From NCBI GenBank assembly GCA_012520055.1, contig JAAYPA010000020.1, positions 1-62,227 on the forward strand: a stretch of DNA of 62,227 nt. Reading direction: 5' to 3'. Within the stretch, counting starts at the first letter, position 1, and the number at the start of each line of letters is the position of its first letter. Below the pieces are notes generated by a model, which saw nothing but the letters and a program-made list of their open reading frames with translations, did no database searches and was not told the DNA's origin. Origin of the DNA: Mollicutes bacterium (lineage in GTDB: Bacteria > Bacillota_I > Bacilli_A > RF39 > UBA660). Of this stretch, positions 29,576 through 39,461 are shown in pieces. The position numbers and the translations under genes were made by a program.

Positions 29576-30680
29576 ATGCCAGTAGAAGAACTTTTAACTA
29601 AATTAGATGAATATATCCAAAGAGTAGATTTTATTGGGAGGTCTCTTTGACCCGGAAAGTAAAAAAAATAAAATCAAAGAACTGGAAGAAAAATTAAATG
29701 ATCCCAATATATGGAACAATCCCATTGAGGGAAATAAAATAAATTCAGAATTAACCGGTTTAAAAAAAGAAATAGAAAATTATGAAAATATTAAAAATGA
29801 TTTATCTGAATATCAAGAATTACTAACTATCAGTAATGAACCTGATATAGTTAATGAAATAGAACAAAATATTAAAAATATTAATGAAAGAGTTGAAAAT
29901 TTAGAACTAACTACTCTTTTAAATGGAAAATATGATGAGAATGATTGTTATCTAGAAATTCATCCTGGAGCAGGTGGAACAGAAGCTTGTGACTGGGCCG
30001 GAATGTTACTTAGAATGTATGAACAATTTTGTAATAAAAGTAATTATTCTTATGAAGAAATCCATATTCAAGATGGTGAAGAAGCTGGCATAAAAAGCGC
30101 TATTATTAAAATTTCTGGTAAAAATCCATATGGATATTTTAAAGGTGAGCAAGGTGTTCATCGTTTAGTACGCATCAGTCCATTTGATTCAGGAGCAAGA
30201 AGACATACATCATTTGCGGCAGTATCAATTATTCCTGAGATTGAAGATGCTGGAGATGTTGTTATTAAACCGGAAGATATTAGAGTAGATGTTTATCGTA
30301 GTAGTGGTAAAGGTGGACAAGGCGTCAATACTACTGATTCGGCCGTAAGAATAACTCATTTACCAACGGGAATAGTAGTAACATGTCAAAATGAAAGAAG
30401 CCAAATTAAAAACAAAGATATTGCAATGAAAATTCTTATGGGTAAATTAGAACAAATCAATGAAGAAAAACACAATAGTGAATTAAGTAGTTTAAAAGGA
30501 AACCAAAATATTAATTTTGGTAGTCAAATTCGTAATTATACTTTAGAACCATATCGGTTAGTAAAAGACGTCCGTACCGGTTATGAAACTTCGGATACTG
30601 ATGGTGTACTTGATGGAAATATATTTCCATTTATGAAAGAATATTTAAGGGTAGTTGGTAGTAATGAAAAAAATAATTAA
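29576..30680 (+). CDS. prfB: Peptide chain release factor 2, expressed through a programmed +1 frameshift
   Basis: ORF0 ATG 29576 runs to 'GGGAGG TCT CTT TGA C', with TGA at 29648-29650. The +1 frame continues from GAC 29649 to 30680. 'SPFDS', the SPF-type motif and the 'GGQGVNTTDSAVRITHLPTG' GGQ motif are present. Confidence 0.95.
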
Positions 30681-31500
30681 AATAATTATTGGTTGCTTAT
30701 TAATAGCATTATCTTATAATATCTTTTTTCTTCCTTATGATATTGTACCTAATGGTATTTTTGGATTTGCTACTTTATTAAATCTTAAAACCAGTTATGA
30801 TCCTGCGTTATTTTTAAGTATCGTAAACTTATTTTTAATAATTATCAGTTTATGCACTTTAGGTGGCTTTAAATCTAAAGAATATGTTTGGCCTGGAATG
30901 TTGATTCCTTTGTTTATTTGTTTAGAAACTTATTTTGATAATTACTTAATCTTAGAAAGTGAAAAGATTATTGCAGTTATAGCAGGAAGTTTTATTACCG
31001 GTCTAGGCTATGGAATTATTTATAAAGAAGGCAAAAATGTTGGAGGATTAGATATTATTCAAGATATTGTCAACAGTGTTGCTGTCTATCGTAGTCATTT
31101 AATTTCTTATTTTTTAGAAGGAATAGTTGTTCTTTTAACATTAGTATTTTATGGCTTTGAAAGTATGGTTTATACCATCATAGTTATTGTAGTAGTAAGA
31201 TATATGACGACAAAATCAAAAGTAGGAATAAGTTCTAGTAAAAATTTCTTTATCATTACTACTAAGGAAGAAGAAGTAAAAAAATATATTATGGATGAAT
31301 TAAAAAATGATCTAACTGAATTTACAGTAAAAGGTGGTTACAGTAAACATAAAGCTAAAATATTAATGACGGTTATGGATACTAAAAATTATTATATTTT
31401 AAAAGAAGGTATTTTAAAAATAGATCCTAAAGCCTTTATATCTATTACGGATAGTTATGAAATTATCAACAAAAATCGTAATATAGCTAGAAGCTCTTGA
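30664..31500 (+). CDS. YitT-family membrane protein (DUF2179 C-terminal domain)
   Basis: 5-6 TM helices ('GGLDIIQDIV') plus a soluble C-terminal domain. ATG 30664 overlaps the prfB 3' end. Confidence 0.75.
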   Translation: MKKIIKIIIGCLLIALSYNIFFLPYDIVPNGIFGFATLLNLKTSYDPALFLSIVNLFLIIISLCTLGGFKSKEYVWPGMLIPLFICLETYFDNYLILESEKIIAVIAGSFITGLGYGIIYKEGKNVGGLDIIQDIVNSVAVYRSHLISYFLEGIVVLLTLVFYGFESMVYTIIVIVVVRYMTTKSKVGISSSKNFFIITTKEEEVKKYIMDELKNDLTEFTVKGGYSKHKAKILMTVMDTKNYYILKEGILKIDPKAFISITDSYEIINKNRNIARSS

Positions 31501-31528
31501 TAAAAAAAGTTTGGGAGTTATAATATAG

Positions 31529-32662
31529 ATGAATAGTGTAGGTGTGGGTATGAAAGTTCCTAAAAAATTTCGTGATGATGTCCGAATTTTATTTATGGAT
31601 ACGGTTGAAGAATTAGGTAAATCGGTTAAGAAAAGATTAACTGAAGAACATGGTTTTACCGAAGAAAGTTTTATTAATGTAGAACTGACCAGATTCGGCA
31701 ATGGTGAAGGTAAAGCTAAGTTAATTAATTCAGTCCGAAGTAAAAGATTCTTTATAATTACCGATGTCTGTAATCATAGTATTAAATATAAAGCTTATGG
31801 AAAAATGCATACTAAAATGCCTGATGAACACTTTCAAGATTTAAAAAGAGTTATTTCAGCAGCCTGTGGTAATGCGATAGAAATAACTGTTATCGAAACT
31901 ATTTTATATTCCAGTAGGCAACATAAAAGAAATGGCAGAGAATCTTTAGATTGTGCTTTTGCTCTTCAAGAATTACAAGATATGGGAGTAAAATGTATAA
32001 CTACGTTTGATGCTCATAATGTTGAAGTAAGACAAGCAATTCCTTTAATCCCTTTTGATAATATTATTCCTACTGATCCAATGCTTTCTAGTTTTGTTCA
32101 AAATGAAGATATTGATTATGATAAATTACTTGTCATATCACCTGACGAAGGAGCAATGGGTAGAACGAGATTCTATTCCGGAATGCTAGGCTGTGATATC
32201 GGAATGTTCTATAAAAGAAGAGATTATTCTAAAGTAGATGAAAATGGTAAAAATCCGATTGCCGAACATGTTTATTTAGGTAAAGATATCGATAATGGAC
32301 AGTATTTAATTATAGATGATATGATCTCCAGTGGAGGAAGTATTATTGATATTCTTAAAAAGATTAAAAATAAAAATCCTTCTAAAATATGGGTAATGGC
32401 AACTTTTGCTTTATTTACAGAAGGTCTCAACCAATTTGATAATGCTTATGAAGAAGGATTATTAACCGGAGTATATTGTTCTAATTTTACAGATGTCTCG
32501 GAAGAAGCTTTGAAAAAGCCTTGGCTTAAAAGAGTAGACTGTTCAGGACTTCTTGCTGATTGCTTAGTTACCTATGCATGTAATGAGCCAATGTCTTATA
32601 TTTTAAACGGTCGCAAAGAATTATATGAAAAAATAGCTAAATTTAAAGCTAGTAAAAAATAA
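31529..32662 (+). CDS. Ribose-phosphate pyrophosphokinase-like protein (long, divergent form)
   Basis: 'RFGNGEGKAKL', 'SSRQHKR' and the PRPP loop 'LIIDDMISSGGS'. It is about 60 aa longer than canonical Prs. An alternative start is ATG 31550. Confidence 0.7.
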   Translation: MNSVGVGMKVPKKFRDDVRILFMDTVEELGKSVKKRLTEEHGFTEESFINVELTRFGNGEGKAKLINSVRSKRFFIITDVCNHSIKYKAYGKMHTKMPDEHFQDLKRVISAACGNAIEITVIETILYSSRQHKRNGRESLDCAFALQELQDMGVKCITTFDAHNVEVRQAIPLIPFDNIIPTDPMLSSFVQNEDIDYDKLLVISPDEGAMGRTRFYSGMLGCDIGMFYKRRDYSKVDENGKNPIAEHVYLGKDIDNGQYLIIDDMISSGGSIIDILKKIKNKNPSKIWVMATFALFTEGLNQFDNAYEEGLLTGVYCSNFTDVSEEALKKPWLKRVDCSGLLADCLVTYACNEPMSYILNGRKELYEKIAKFKASKK

Positions 32663-32703
32663 ACTTATAGTTTATTTTTTTATTATACAGAATATATTTT
32701 AAT

Positions 32704-33366
32704 ATGAAAAAAGTTTTTATATTTACCTTTATTTCAGTTTGGTTTTTAATTTTAACAGTTTTTAAAGTGGATGCCAACAATTTAACTTATCCCCTAATTG
32801 GTAAAATAATTATTATTGATCCCGGACACGGTGGAGTTGATAATGGAGCAAGTTATAAACTTGTTTATGAAGATGAAATAAATCTATCTATCAGTTTAAA
32901 ATTAAGAAATGAACTAGAGAAAAACGGAGCAGCAGTTATCATGACCAGAGAAGAAGATTATGATTTATCAAGACCAAATGCTTTGTATCGTAAAAAAAGT
33001 GACTTTGATAATCGAATCAAATTAATAAATAATAGTGGTGCTGATCTGTATTTAAGTATTCATCTTAATTATTATGGTAATGCTAAATATTATGGACCAC
33101 AAGTGTTTTATGTAAATAACTTTGAAGAAAATAAAATAATAGCTCAGTTTATTCAAGAAGAATTAAATAAAAATTTAAATACTAAAAGAGTTATAAAAAT
33201 AAACATTAATACCAATTATATGTATCCAAAATTAAATGTTAAAGGTGCCTTAATTGAATGTGGATTTTTATCTAATCCTCAGGAAAGAAAAAATTTACAA
33301 AGTGATGAATATCAAGAAAAATTTGCTCAAATAATTACCTCAGCAATTATCAAATACTATAATTGA
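32704..33366 (+). CDS. cwlD: N-acetylmuramoyl-L-alanine amidase, CwlD-like (Amidase_3)
   Basis: Signal/TM segment, 'IIIDPGHGGVDNGA', 'LSIHLN', 'ALIECGFLSNP'. Confidence 0.85.
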   Translation: MKKVFIFTFISVWFLILTVFKVDANNLTYPLIGKIIIIDPGHGGVDNGASYKLVYEDEINLSISLKLRNELEKNGAAVIMTREEDYDLSRPNALYRKKSDFDNRIKLINNSGADLYLSIHLNYYGNAKYYGPQVFYVNNFEENKIIAQFIQEELNKNLNTKRVIKININTNYMYPKLNVKGALIECGFLSNPQERKNLQSDEYQEKFAQIITSAIIKYYN

Positions 33367-33440
33367 TTTTTTTAAATGCCTACTCATAAAACAGTGTTTT
33401 TTTAGAAATTTTGTGCTATAATTTTAGAATAGGTGAGGCC

Positions 33441-34370
33441 ATGGCAGTTAAGGTATTTAAAACAATTGACGAGCAAATTCATATACTTCAAAATAAAGGC
33501 ATGATTTTTGATGATGTTGATTTTGCCAAAGACATACTGATCAGAGAAAATTATTTTTTTGTCAGTGGCTATCGTCATTTATTTTTGAAAAGTCCCAGGG
33601 ATAGAAGTTTTATTAAGGGAACTACTTTTCGAGAATTATATGCGGTGTTTAATTTTGATAGACAAATAAGGAATATTATTTTTAAAAATTTATTGATAGT
33701 AGAAAACAATATGAAAAGTATTTTTTCCTATCAATTATCAAAAAAGTATGGGTATCGAGAATCAGATTATTTAAGAGCATCAAATTTTACGACTAATTCG
33801 GAAAGATCTCGCCAAGTTAATGACTTACTTAAAAAAATGAAAAGACAAATTAGAGTAAATGGAGGACAGCACTCAGCAACCAGTCACTATATTAATAATT
33901 ATGGATATATACCGATGTGGGTTGTTGTTAAAGTTTTGTCTTTTGGTATAATCAGTGAATTATTCTTAATTATGAAAAGAGAAGATCAAGAAGCTATTGC
34001 CAAAATATATAATTTAAGTGTTGAAAATTTAAGTGATTATATGCCGATACTGGCTAACTTCCGTAATTTGTGTGCTCATGAGGATATCCTATATAATCAT
34101 AGGACACAAAGATCTATAGGAGATACCAAATATCATTATGTATTAAATATTCCTTTGATGGATGGTGATTATATTTATGGAAAAAATGACTTCTTTTCCT
34201 TAATAATTATTTTAAAACAATTATTAAGAGAAGATGAATTTAGACTATTAGTAAATGAAATGAGTTATGAAATAAATATCTTAGCCGGAAAATTGAAAAC
34301 TATTCAGATAGGAAAAGTTTTAGATGTCATGGGTATTCCCACTAATTTTAAAGAATTACTAAATATATAA
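33441..34370 (+). CDS. Abi_2 family (AbiD/AbiF-like) abortive-infection-type protein
   Basis: 'FKTIDEQIHILQNKGMIF', 'ENYFFVSGYRHLF', 'YIPMWVVVKVLSFG', 'LANFRNLCAHEDILYN'. SD aggtgagg before ATG 33441, and an extended -10 'tgctataat' upstream. Confidence 0.75.
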   Translation: MAVKVFKTIDEQIHILQNKGMIFDDVDFAKDILIRENYFFVSGYRHLFLKSPRDRSFIKGTTFRELYAVFNFDRQIRNIIFKNLLIVENNMKSIFSYQLSKKYGYRESDYLRASNFTTNSERSRQVNDLLKKMKRQIRVNGGQHSATSHYINNYGYIPMWVVVKVLSFGIISELFLIMKREDQEAIAKIYNLSVENLSDYMPILANFRNLCAHEDILYNHRTQRSIGDTKYHYVLNIPLMDGDYIYGKNDFFSLIIILKQLLREDEFRLLVNEMSYEINILAGKLKTIQIGKVLDVMGIPTNFKELLNI

Positions 34371-34382
34371 GGAGTGATATTA

Positions 34383-35486
34383 ATGAAAAAAAGTAAGAAT
34401 ATTTTAGTGCTTTTAATTGTTGCCTGCGCCAGTATAATTCTAGGTGGAGCAGGAGCTTATTATGGTAATTATAAATGGGGTTGGTTTTCTAAGACAGTTA
34501 TCAATAAAGTAGAAAAAGAAACTACGATTGTGGATAATGGAATAGCTGAAGCTGTAGAAAAGTTATATGATGCTGTAGTTGTTGTAGAATCATTTAAAAA
34601 TGATAAATTAGTCAGTAGTGGAACTGGATTTGTTTACAAAACGGAAGGTAATAAAGCTTATATTATTACCAATGCCCATGTTGTAACAAATGCGACTAAA
34701 GTAGAAGTAATGTTTACTAATCACAAATCTTATGAAGTTAAATTAGTCGGTCAAGATGTATATGCCGATATTGCTGTACTTTCAATAGATAAAGATAAAA
34801 TTACTTCTGTAGCAAAATTAGGTAGCAGTGAAAAAGCTCGTTTAGGAGATACGTTATTTACAATCGGTGCTCCTCTTGACTCAGAATATTCCTGGACCGT
34901 AACAAGAGGCATCTTAAGTGGTAAAGAGCGTTTAGTTGAAGTTAGTACCGGTAATAGTGGGGTAGCTAACTGGGTTATGAGCGTTCTTCAAACAGATGCT
35001 GCTATTAACTCAGGTAACAGTGGTGGACCGATTGCTAACTCAAATGGAGAAGTAATTGGTGTAACAAATATGAAACTGGTTAGTAGCGGTGTAGAAGGAA
35101 TGGGCTTTGCTATTCCGATCGAAGATGCGGTTAATTATGCAGATCAATTAGCAGAAAATAAAGAAATTGTAAGACCGGTTTTAGGAGTAGGGACACTAAA
35201 TGTTACTGAAACAGAAACTTTACAATATCAATATGGTATTGCCATTGATTCATCTATTAGTGGCGGAGCAGTTGTAGCTTACGTTCAAGCCGGAAGTCCG
35301 GCAGCTGAAGCAGGGTTAGAAAAAGGTGACGTTATTGTTAAATTCGGTAACTACGATGTTTCTACTTCAGCTAAATTAAAATATTATTTGTATAAATATA
35401 ATGTTGGTGACAAAGTAAAAATTGAGTATATCAGAGGAACTAAAAGAAAATCTGTAACAGTTAATCTTACTCAAAAAGCAAGTTAA
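34383..35486 (+). CDS. htrA: HtrA/DegP-family serine protease with a PDZ domain
   Basis: TM anchor, 'ITNAHVV', 'DIAVL', 'NSGNSGGP', and a C-terminal PDZ. Confidence 0.92.
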   Translation: MKKSKNILVLLIVACASIILGGAGAYYGNYKWGWFSKTVINKVEKETTIVDNGIAEAVEKLYDAVVVVESFKNDKLVSSGTGFVYKTEGNKAYIITNAHVVTNATKVEVMFTNHKSYEVKLVGQDVYADIAVLSIDKDKITSVAKLGSSEKARLGDTLFTIGAPLDSEYSWTVTRGILSGKERLVEVSTGNSGVANWVMSVLQTDAAINSGNSGGPIANSNGEVIGVTNMKLVSSGVEGMGFAIPIEDAVNYADQLAENKEIVRPVLGVGTLNVTETETLQYQYGIAIDSSISGGAVVAYVQAGSPAAEAGLEKGDVIVKFGNYDVSTSAKLKYYLYKYNVGDKVKIEYIRGTKRKSVTVNLTQKAS

Positions 35487-35506
35487 AAAGGCTAGTAAGC
35501 CTTTTT
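35486..35506 (+). terminator. Intrinsic terminator after htrA
   Basis: Stem aaaggct/agccttt, loop agta, T-run. Confidence 0.75.
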
Positions 35507-35544
35507 ATTATGTGTTATACTACCGATTGAAAGAAAGTGATACT

Positions 35545-36642
35545 ATGTTAAAAGCCGGAATTGTTGGTTTACCGAATGTTGGTAAAAGTACTTTATTTAA
35601 TGCGATTACAAAGAAAAATATTTTAGCTGCTAATTATCCTTTTGCAACCATTGATCCTAATGTAGGTGTAGTAACCGTACCTGATGCCAGATTAGAATTT
35701 TTAGAAAATATATATCTTCCGGAAAGAACTATTCCCACTACTTATGAATTTACAGATATTGCTGGATTAGTTAAGGGTGCCTCTGAAGGAGAAGGCTTAG
35801 GTAATAAGTTTTTATCCCATATTAGAGAAGTAGATGCGATTGTTGAAGTAGTTAGATGTTTTGATGATAATGATATTATCCATGTTGTAGGAAATACTGA
35901 CCCAATCAGAGATATTGAAATTATCAATACTGAACTGATTATGGCTGATCTAGAAATAATTCAAAATCGTTTAGAAAAGATTGCTAAAAAAGCTAGTATG
36001 TCAAAAGATCCGAAAGAAGTAATGGAATATGAATTATTAAAAAAATGTGAAGATAATTTACTTAAAAATAATCCTCTTAGAAGAATGGAACTTACTAACG
36101 ATGAGAAAATACTTTTAAAAAATTTTGCTTTTATTACTTTAAAACCGATTATCTATATGGCTAATGTTAATGAAGAAGATGCGGTAATCGGATATAATGA
36201 ATATACTAAATCAGTTTCTGAATATGCTGAAAAAGAAAATGCTTCAGTTATTGTTATGAGTGCAAAAATAGAAAGTGAACTTGCCGAACTAAGTGATGAT
36301 GATAAGAAACAATTTTTAACTGATTTAGGTATAGCTAACAGTGGATTAGATAAACTAATATATGCTACCTATGATTTACTGGGTTTAGCTACTTTCTTTA
36401 CCGTTGGTAAAGATGAATGTCGTGCTTGGACTTTCCAAAAAGGAATGAAAGCTCCACAATGTGCGGGAATAATTCATACTGATTTTGAAAGAGGTTTTAT
36501 TAAAGCAGAAGTCATGTCATTTGATGACTTTAAAGAATATGGATCTGAAATTAAAGTTAAAGAAGCGGGGAAAGTTCGTTTAGAAGGAAAAGACTATTTG
36601 ATGAAAGACGGAGATATCTGTTATTTCCGCTTTAATGTCTAA
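35545..36642 (+). CDS. ychF: Ribosome-binding ATPase YchF
   Basis: '[16 protein letters not shown]', '[10 protein letters not shown]', and a C-terminal TGS-like domain. Confidence 0.95.
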   Translation: MLKAGIVGLPNVGKSTLFNAITKKNILAANYPFATIDPNVGVVTVPDARLEFLENIYLPERTIPTTYEFTDIAGLVKGASEGEGLGNKFLSHIREVDAIVEVVRCFDDNDIIHVVGNTDPIRDIEIINTELIMADLEIIQNRLEKIAKKASMSKDPKEVMEYELLKKCEDNLLKNNPLRRMELTNDEKILLKNFAFITLKPIIYMANVNEEDAVIGYNEYTKSVSEYAEKENASVIVMSAKIESELAELSDDDKKQFLTDLGIANSGLDKLIYATYDLLGLATFFTVGKDECRAWTFQKGMKAPQCAGIIHTDFERGFIKAEVMSFDDFKEYGSEIKVKEAGKVRLEGKDYLMKDGDICYFRFNV

Positions 36643-36651
36643 TTATTTTAT

Positions 36652-36753
36652 TTGCATATAATTAAGTGGTATGCTATAATACCTGCAGAGCTTTTATGGC
36701 TCCTTGCTTGATTTTAAATCAGGCCGTTTAGACCAAAAGGAGGGAAGAAAAAA
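36652..36753 (+). promoter_or_regulatory. rpsF promoter plus a structured leader of about 65 nt
   Basis: TTGCAT, 17-nt spacer, (TGc)TATAAT at 36652-36680. The GC-enriched leader 'gagcttttatggctcc...' could be the S6:S18-binding rpsF leader class. This is not verified. Confidence 0.5.
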
Positions 36754-37044
36754 ATGAACAAATATGAAATAATGCTTATTGTAAAAACTACTACTGCAGA
36801 AGAAGAAGTTAAAGAAGTTGTAAGTTCTTTAAAATCAATTATTACTAAAATGAAAGGTAAGATTATTGATGAAAAAGAAATGGGACGTAAAGAACTTGCT
36901 TATCCGATAAAAAAAGAAGTTAGTGGTTTTTATTTTGTTTTTAATTGCGAAGCAAATCCTGAAGCAATTGCTGAATTTGATCGTAAAGCAGGACTTAATG
37001 AAAATATCATTAGACATTTAATTATAAGATTAGATGAGGAGTAA
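36754..37044 (+). CDS. rpsF: 30S ribosomal protein S6
   Basis: 'YEIMLIV', 'GRKELAYPI', and the rpsF-ssb-rpsR context. Confidence 0.95.
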   Translation: MNKYEIMLIVKTTTAEEEVKEVVSSLKSIITKMKGKIIDEKEMGRKELAYPIKKEVSGFYFVFNCEANPEAIAEFDRKAGLNENIIRHLIIRLDEE

Positions 37045-37047
37045 AAT

Positions 37048-37506
37048 ATGAATAACGTTAGTTTAGTTGGTAGACTTACCAAAGACCCTGAACTTAGAAC
37101 AATTGCCAGTGGCAATACAACTACGACTATCACTGTCGCAGTTAATAGACGTTTTACAAACCAAGCAGGAGAAAGAGAAGCTGATTTTATTTCTGTAGTA
37201 TTATGGAATAAACAAGCTGAAAACTGTGCTAAATATTGTAAAAAAGGTACTCAAGTCGGAGTAACTGGAAGAATACAAACTAGAAGTTATGATGCTCAAG
37301 ATGGAACAAAAAGATACGTTACCGAAGTTGTAGCTGATACTATTACTTTCTTAAGTGGTAAAAGTGATAATAGTGGTATGGGTCCTGATGGAGCACCAGA
37401 TTATAATATAGAACAAAGTCCGATAGAAACTTCTGATATCAGCGAAGATCCATTTAAGGATTTCGGATCTGAAGTTGTTTTGAGTGACGACGATTTACCG
37501 TTTTAA
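37048..37506 (+). CDS. ssb: Single-stranded DNA-binding protein
   Basis: OB fold 'MNNVSLVGRLTKDPELR' and an acidic tail 'DDDLPF'. Confidence 0.95.
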   Translation: MNNVSLVGRLTKDPELRTIASGNTTTTITVAVNRRFTNQAGEREADFISVVLWNKQAENCAKYCKKGTQVGVTGRIQTRSYDAQDGTKRYVTEVVADTITFLSGKSDNSGMGPDGAPDYNIEQSPIETSDISEDPFKDFGSEVVLSDDDLPF

Positions 37507-37518
37507 AGGAGGATTATA

Positions 37519-37734
37519 ATGGCTGAATTTCATCGTAAAAAGAAGAGAATATGTCAAATGTGCGCTGGAAAAAGCGTTGATTATAAAGATGCTGCAATTG
37601 TAAGCAAATATATCAATGAAAAAGGAAAAATAGTTCCAAGACGTGCATCTGGAGCTTGTGCTAAACATCAAAGATATATTGCTATGCAAATTAAAAGAGC
37701 ACGCTTTATGGCACTTATTCCATTTGTTAAATAA
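37519..37734 (+). CDS. rpsR: 30S ribosomal protein S18
   Basis: 'DYKD...L.KYI.EKGKI.PRR.SG.CAKHQR'. Confidence 0.95.
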   Translation: MAEFHRKKKRICQMCAGKSVDYKDAAIVSKYINEKGKIVPRRASGACAKHQRYIAMQIKRARFMALIPFVK

Positions 37735-37760
37735 AAGATATAATTTATATCTTTTTTTTT
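37733..37760 (+). terminator. Intrinsic terminator after rpsR
   Basis: 10-bp stem aaaagatata/tatatctttt, loop att, T-run. Confidence 0.8.
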
Positions 37761-37774
37761 GCTATAATATTACT

Positions 37775-38944
37775 ATGAAGTTATTAAAGATATTAATGAT
37801 TTATTTTATTTTTTTATTAGGTGGTTGTCAAAAAGAAATACCTGATGATGTAATTCTGTCTTTTTTAAATGAAATAAATGTATATGAAGATATTATGTTC
37901 TTAGATTTAATTGAAAATAGTAATGTTCAAATTATTAATGAAAACTATAAAATCTTCCCTGATAAAATTGGTACTCAAAAATTTAAAATTAAATATAAAT
38001 ATAATGAAAAGAATTATACTGAAGAATTTACCGTAGATGTTGTTGATAAAGTAAATCCTTTTGTTTATGCCGGAACAACTCAAACTATTAAGCAAAATAC
38101 TAGTCCGCATTTTTGCGATTCAATAATATATGGTGATAATTATGATACTGATCCTAAGTGTGAAATTATCGGAGAATTTGATTCAACAAATATCGGTAAA
38201 TATGATATTCAAATGAAAATAACTGATCAAAGTGGTAATGAAACAATAAGAAAATTAATTGTTAATGTCGTTGATAAACTACCCCAAAGCAATCCATCCT
38301 CCAAAGAACCTTTAGAATTTTCTAAAGTTATTGAAGAAAATCAAAATGATAATATAAAGTTTGGAATAGATGTATCAAGTTGGCAAGAATCTATCGATTT
38401 TAATGATGTGAAAAATGCTGGAGCTTCCTTCGTTATGATTAGATTAGGTTTTCAGAGTAAAAGCACCGGTGAATTAAAACTTGATAGTTATTTTAAAGAA
38501 AACCTAGAGAAAGCTAAAGCAGCGGGTTTACAAGTAGGAGTATATCTTTATATTTTATCTTCCAATAAAGGAGAAGCTAAAAATGGGGCTTTATGGGTAA
38601 TCAATGAATTAAATGGTGAGTCTTTAGAATTACCGATAGCCTTTGATTGGGAAGATTTTTCTAAGTTTCGGGAATATAAATTAAGTTTATATACCTTAAA
38701 TGAAATGGCTGACGCTTTTATTAAAACAGCTATAGATCATGGGTATCAAGGGATGCTTTATAGTAGTAAAACATATTTAGAAAATTTCTGGCAAAATCGT
38801 TATGATTATCCGGTATGGCTAGCCCATTATACAAGTAAATCCAATTATGAAGGTAAATACTTAATGTGGCAATTATCCAATAACGGAAAAATACCAGGTA
38901 TAAATGGACCTGTTGATATCAATATTATGTATTTAGATAACTAA
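37775..38944 (+). CDS. Lipoprotein GH25 muramidase (lysozyme) with an N-terminal Ig-like region
   Basis: Lipobox 'IFLLGGC' and GH25 'FGIDVSSWQESIDFNDVKNAGASFVMIRLG'. The track ORF start 37643 overlaps rpsR and is rejected. Confidence 0.8.
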   Translation: MKLLKILMIYFIFLLGGCQKEIPDDVILSFLNEINVYEDIMFLDLIENSNVQIINENYKIFPDKIGTQKFKIKYKYNEKNYTEEFTVDVVDKVNPFVYAGTTQTIKQNTSPHFCDSIIYGDNYDTDPKCEIIGEFDSTNIGKYDIQMKITDQSGNETIRKLIVNVVDKLPQSNPSSKEPLEFSKVIEENQNDNIKFGIDVSSWQESIDFNDVKNAGASFVMIRLGFQSKSTGELKLDSYFKENLEKAKAAGLQVGVYLYILSSNKGEAKNGALWVINELNGESLELPIAFDWEDFSKFREYKLSLYTLNEMADAFIKTAIDHGYQGMLYSSKTYLENFWQNRYDYPVWLAHYTSKSNYEGKYLMWQLSNNGKIPGINGPVDINIMYLDN

Positions 38945-39014
38945 TAAGATACAGTAAAAAGTATCTTTTTTTTTGATACTTTGATATAATAATTGTACCT
39001 GGGAGGTATGTTTT

Positions 39015-39458
39015 ATGAAAGTAATCTTACTCCAAAATGTTAAAAATGTTGGCAAAAAAGATGAAATAGTCGAAGTAAGTGATGGCTATGCTCAAAACTT
39101 TCTGTTTAAGAAAGGCCTAGCTATTAAATATACAGCAGGTAGTAACAATCATCTTGATAAAGAACTCCAAGAAAGAGAAGAAAAAGAACAAGAACTAATT
39201 AAAGCAGCAAATATTGAAAAAGAAAAAATCGAAAAAACTAAACTTACCTTTAAACTAAAAACCGGTAAGGAAGGTAAACTTTTTGGTTCTGTGTCTAGTA
39301 AACAAATAGCACAAGAGTTTGCTAAAAAAGATATTAAAATAGATAAAAAACTAATTAATATAACTCATACCATTGATTCTTTGGGAACCCATATCGTAGA
39401 AATAAATTTACATAAAAAAGTGGTTGCCAAAGCAACCGTCGTAGTTGAAGAGGTGTAA
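39015..39458 (+). CDS. rplI: 50S ribosomal protein L9
   Basis: 'MKVILLQNVKNVGKKDEIVEVSDGYAQNFL'. Confidence 0.95.
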   Translation: MKVILLQNVKNVGKKDEIVEVSDGYAQNFLFKKGLAIKYTAGSNNHLDKELQEREEKEQELIKAANIEKEKIEKTKLTFKLKTGKEGKLFGSVSSKQIAQEFAKKDIKIDKKLINITHTIDSLGTHIVEINLHKKVVAKATVVVEEV

Positions 39459-39461
39459 AAA

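Noticed and set aside
31414-31701. Track ORF 31414..31701(-)
   Set aside because: It is antisense across the YitT 3' end and the Prs-like 5' end, with no SD and a low-complexity translation.
37643-37774. N-terminal 44-codon extension of the GH25 ORF overlapping rpsR
   Set aside because: It reads through the rpsR coding region and terminator hairpin in another frame. The lipoprotein signal peptide begins at ATG 37775.
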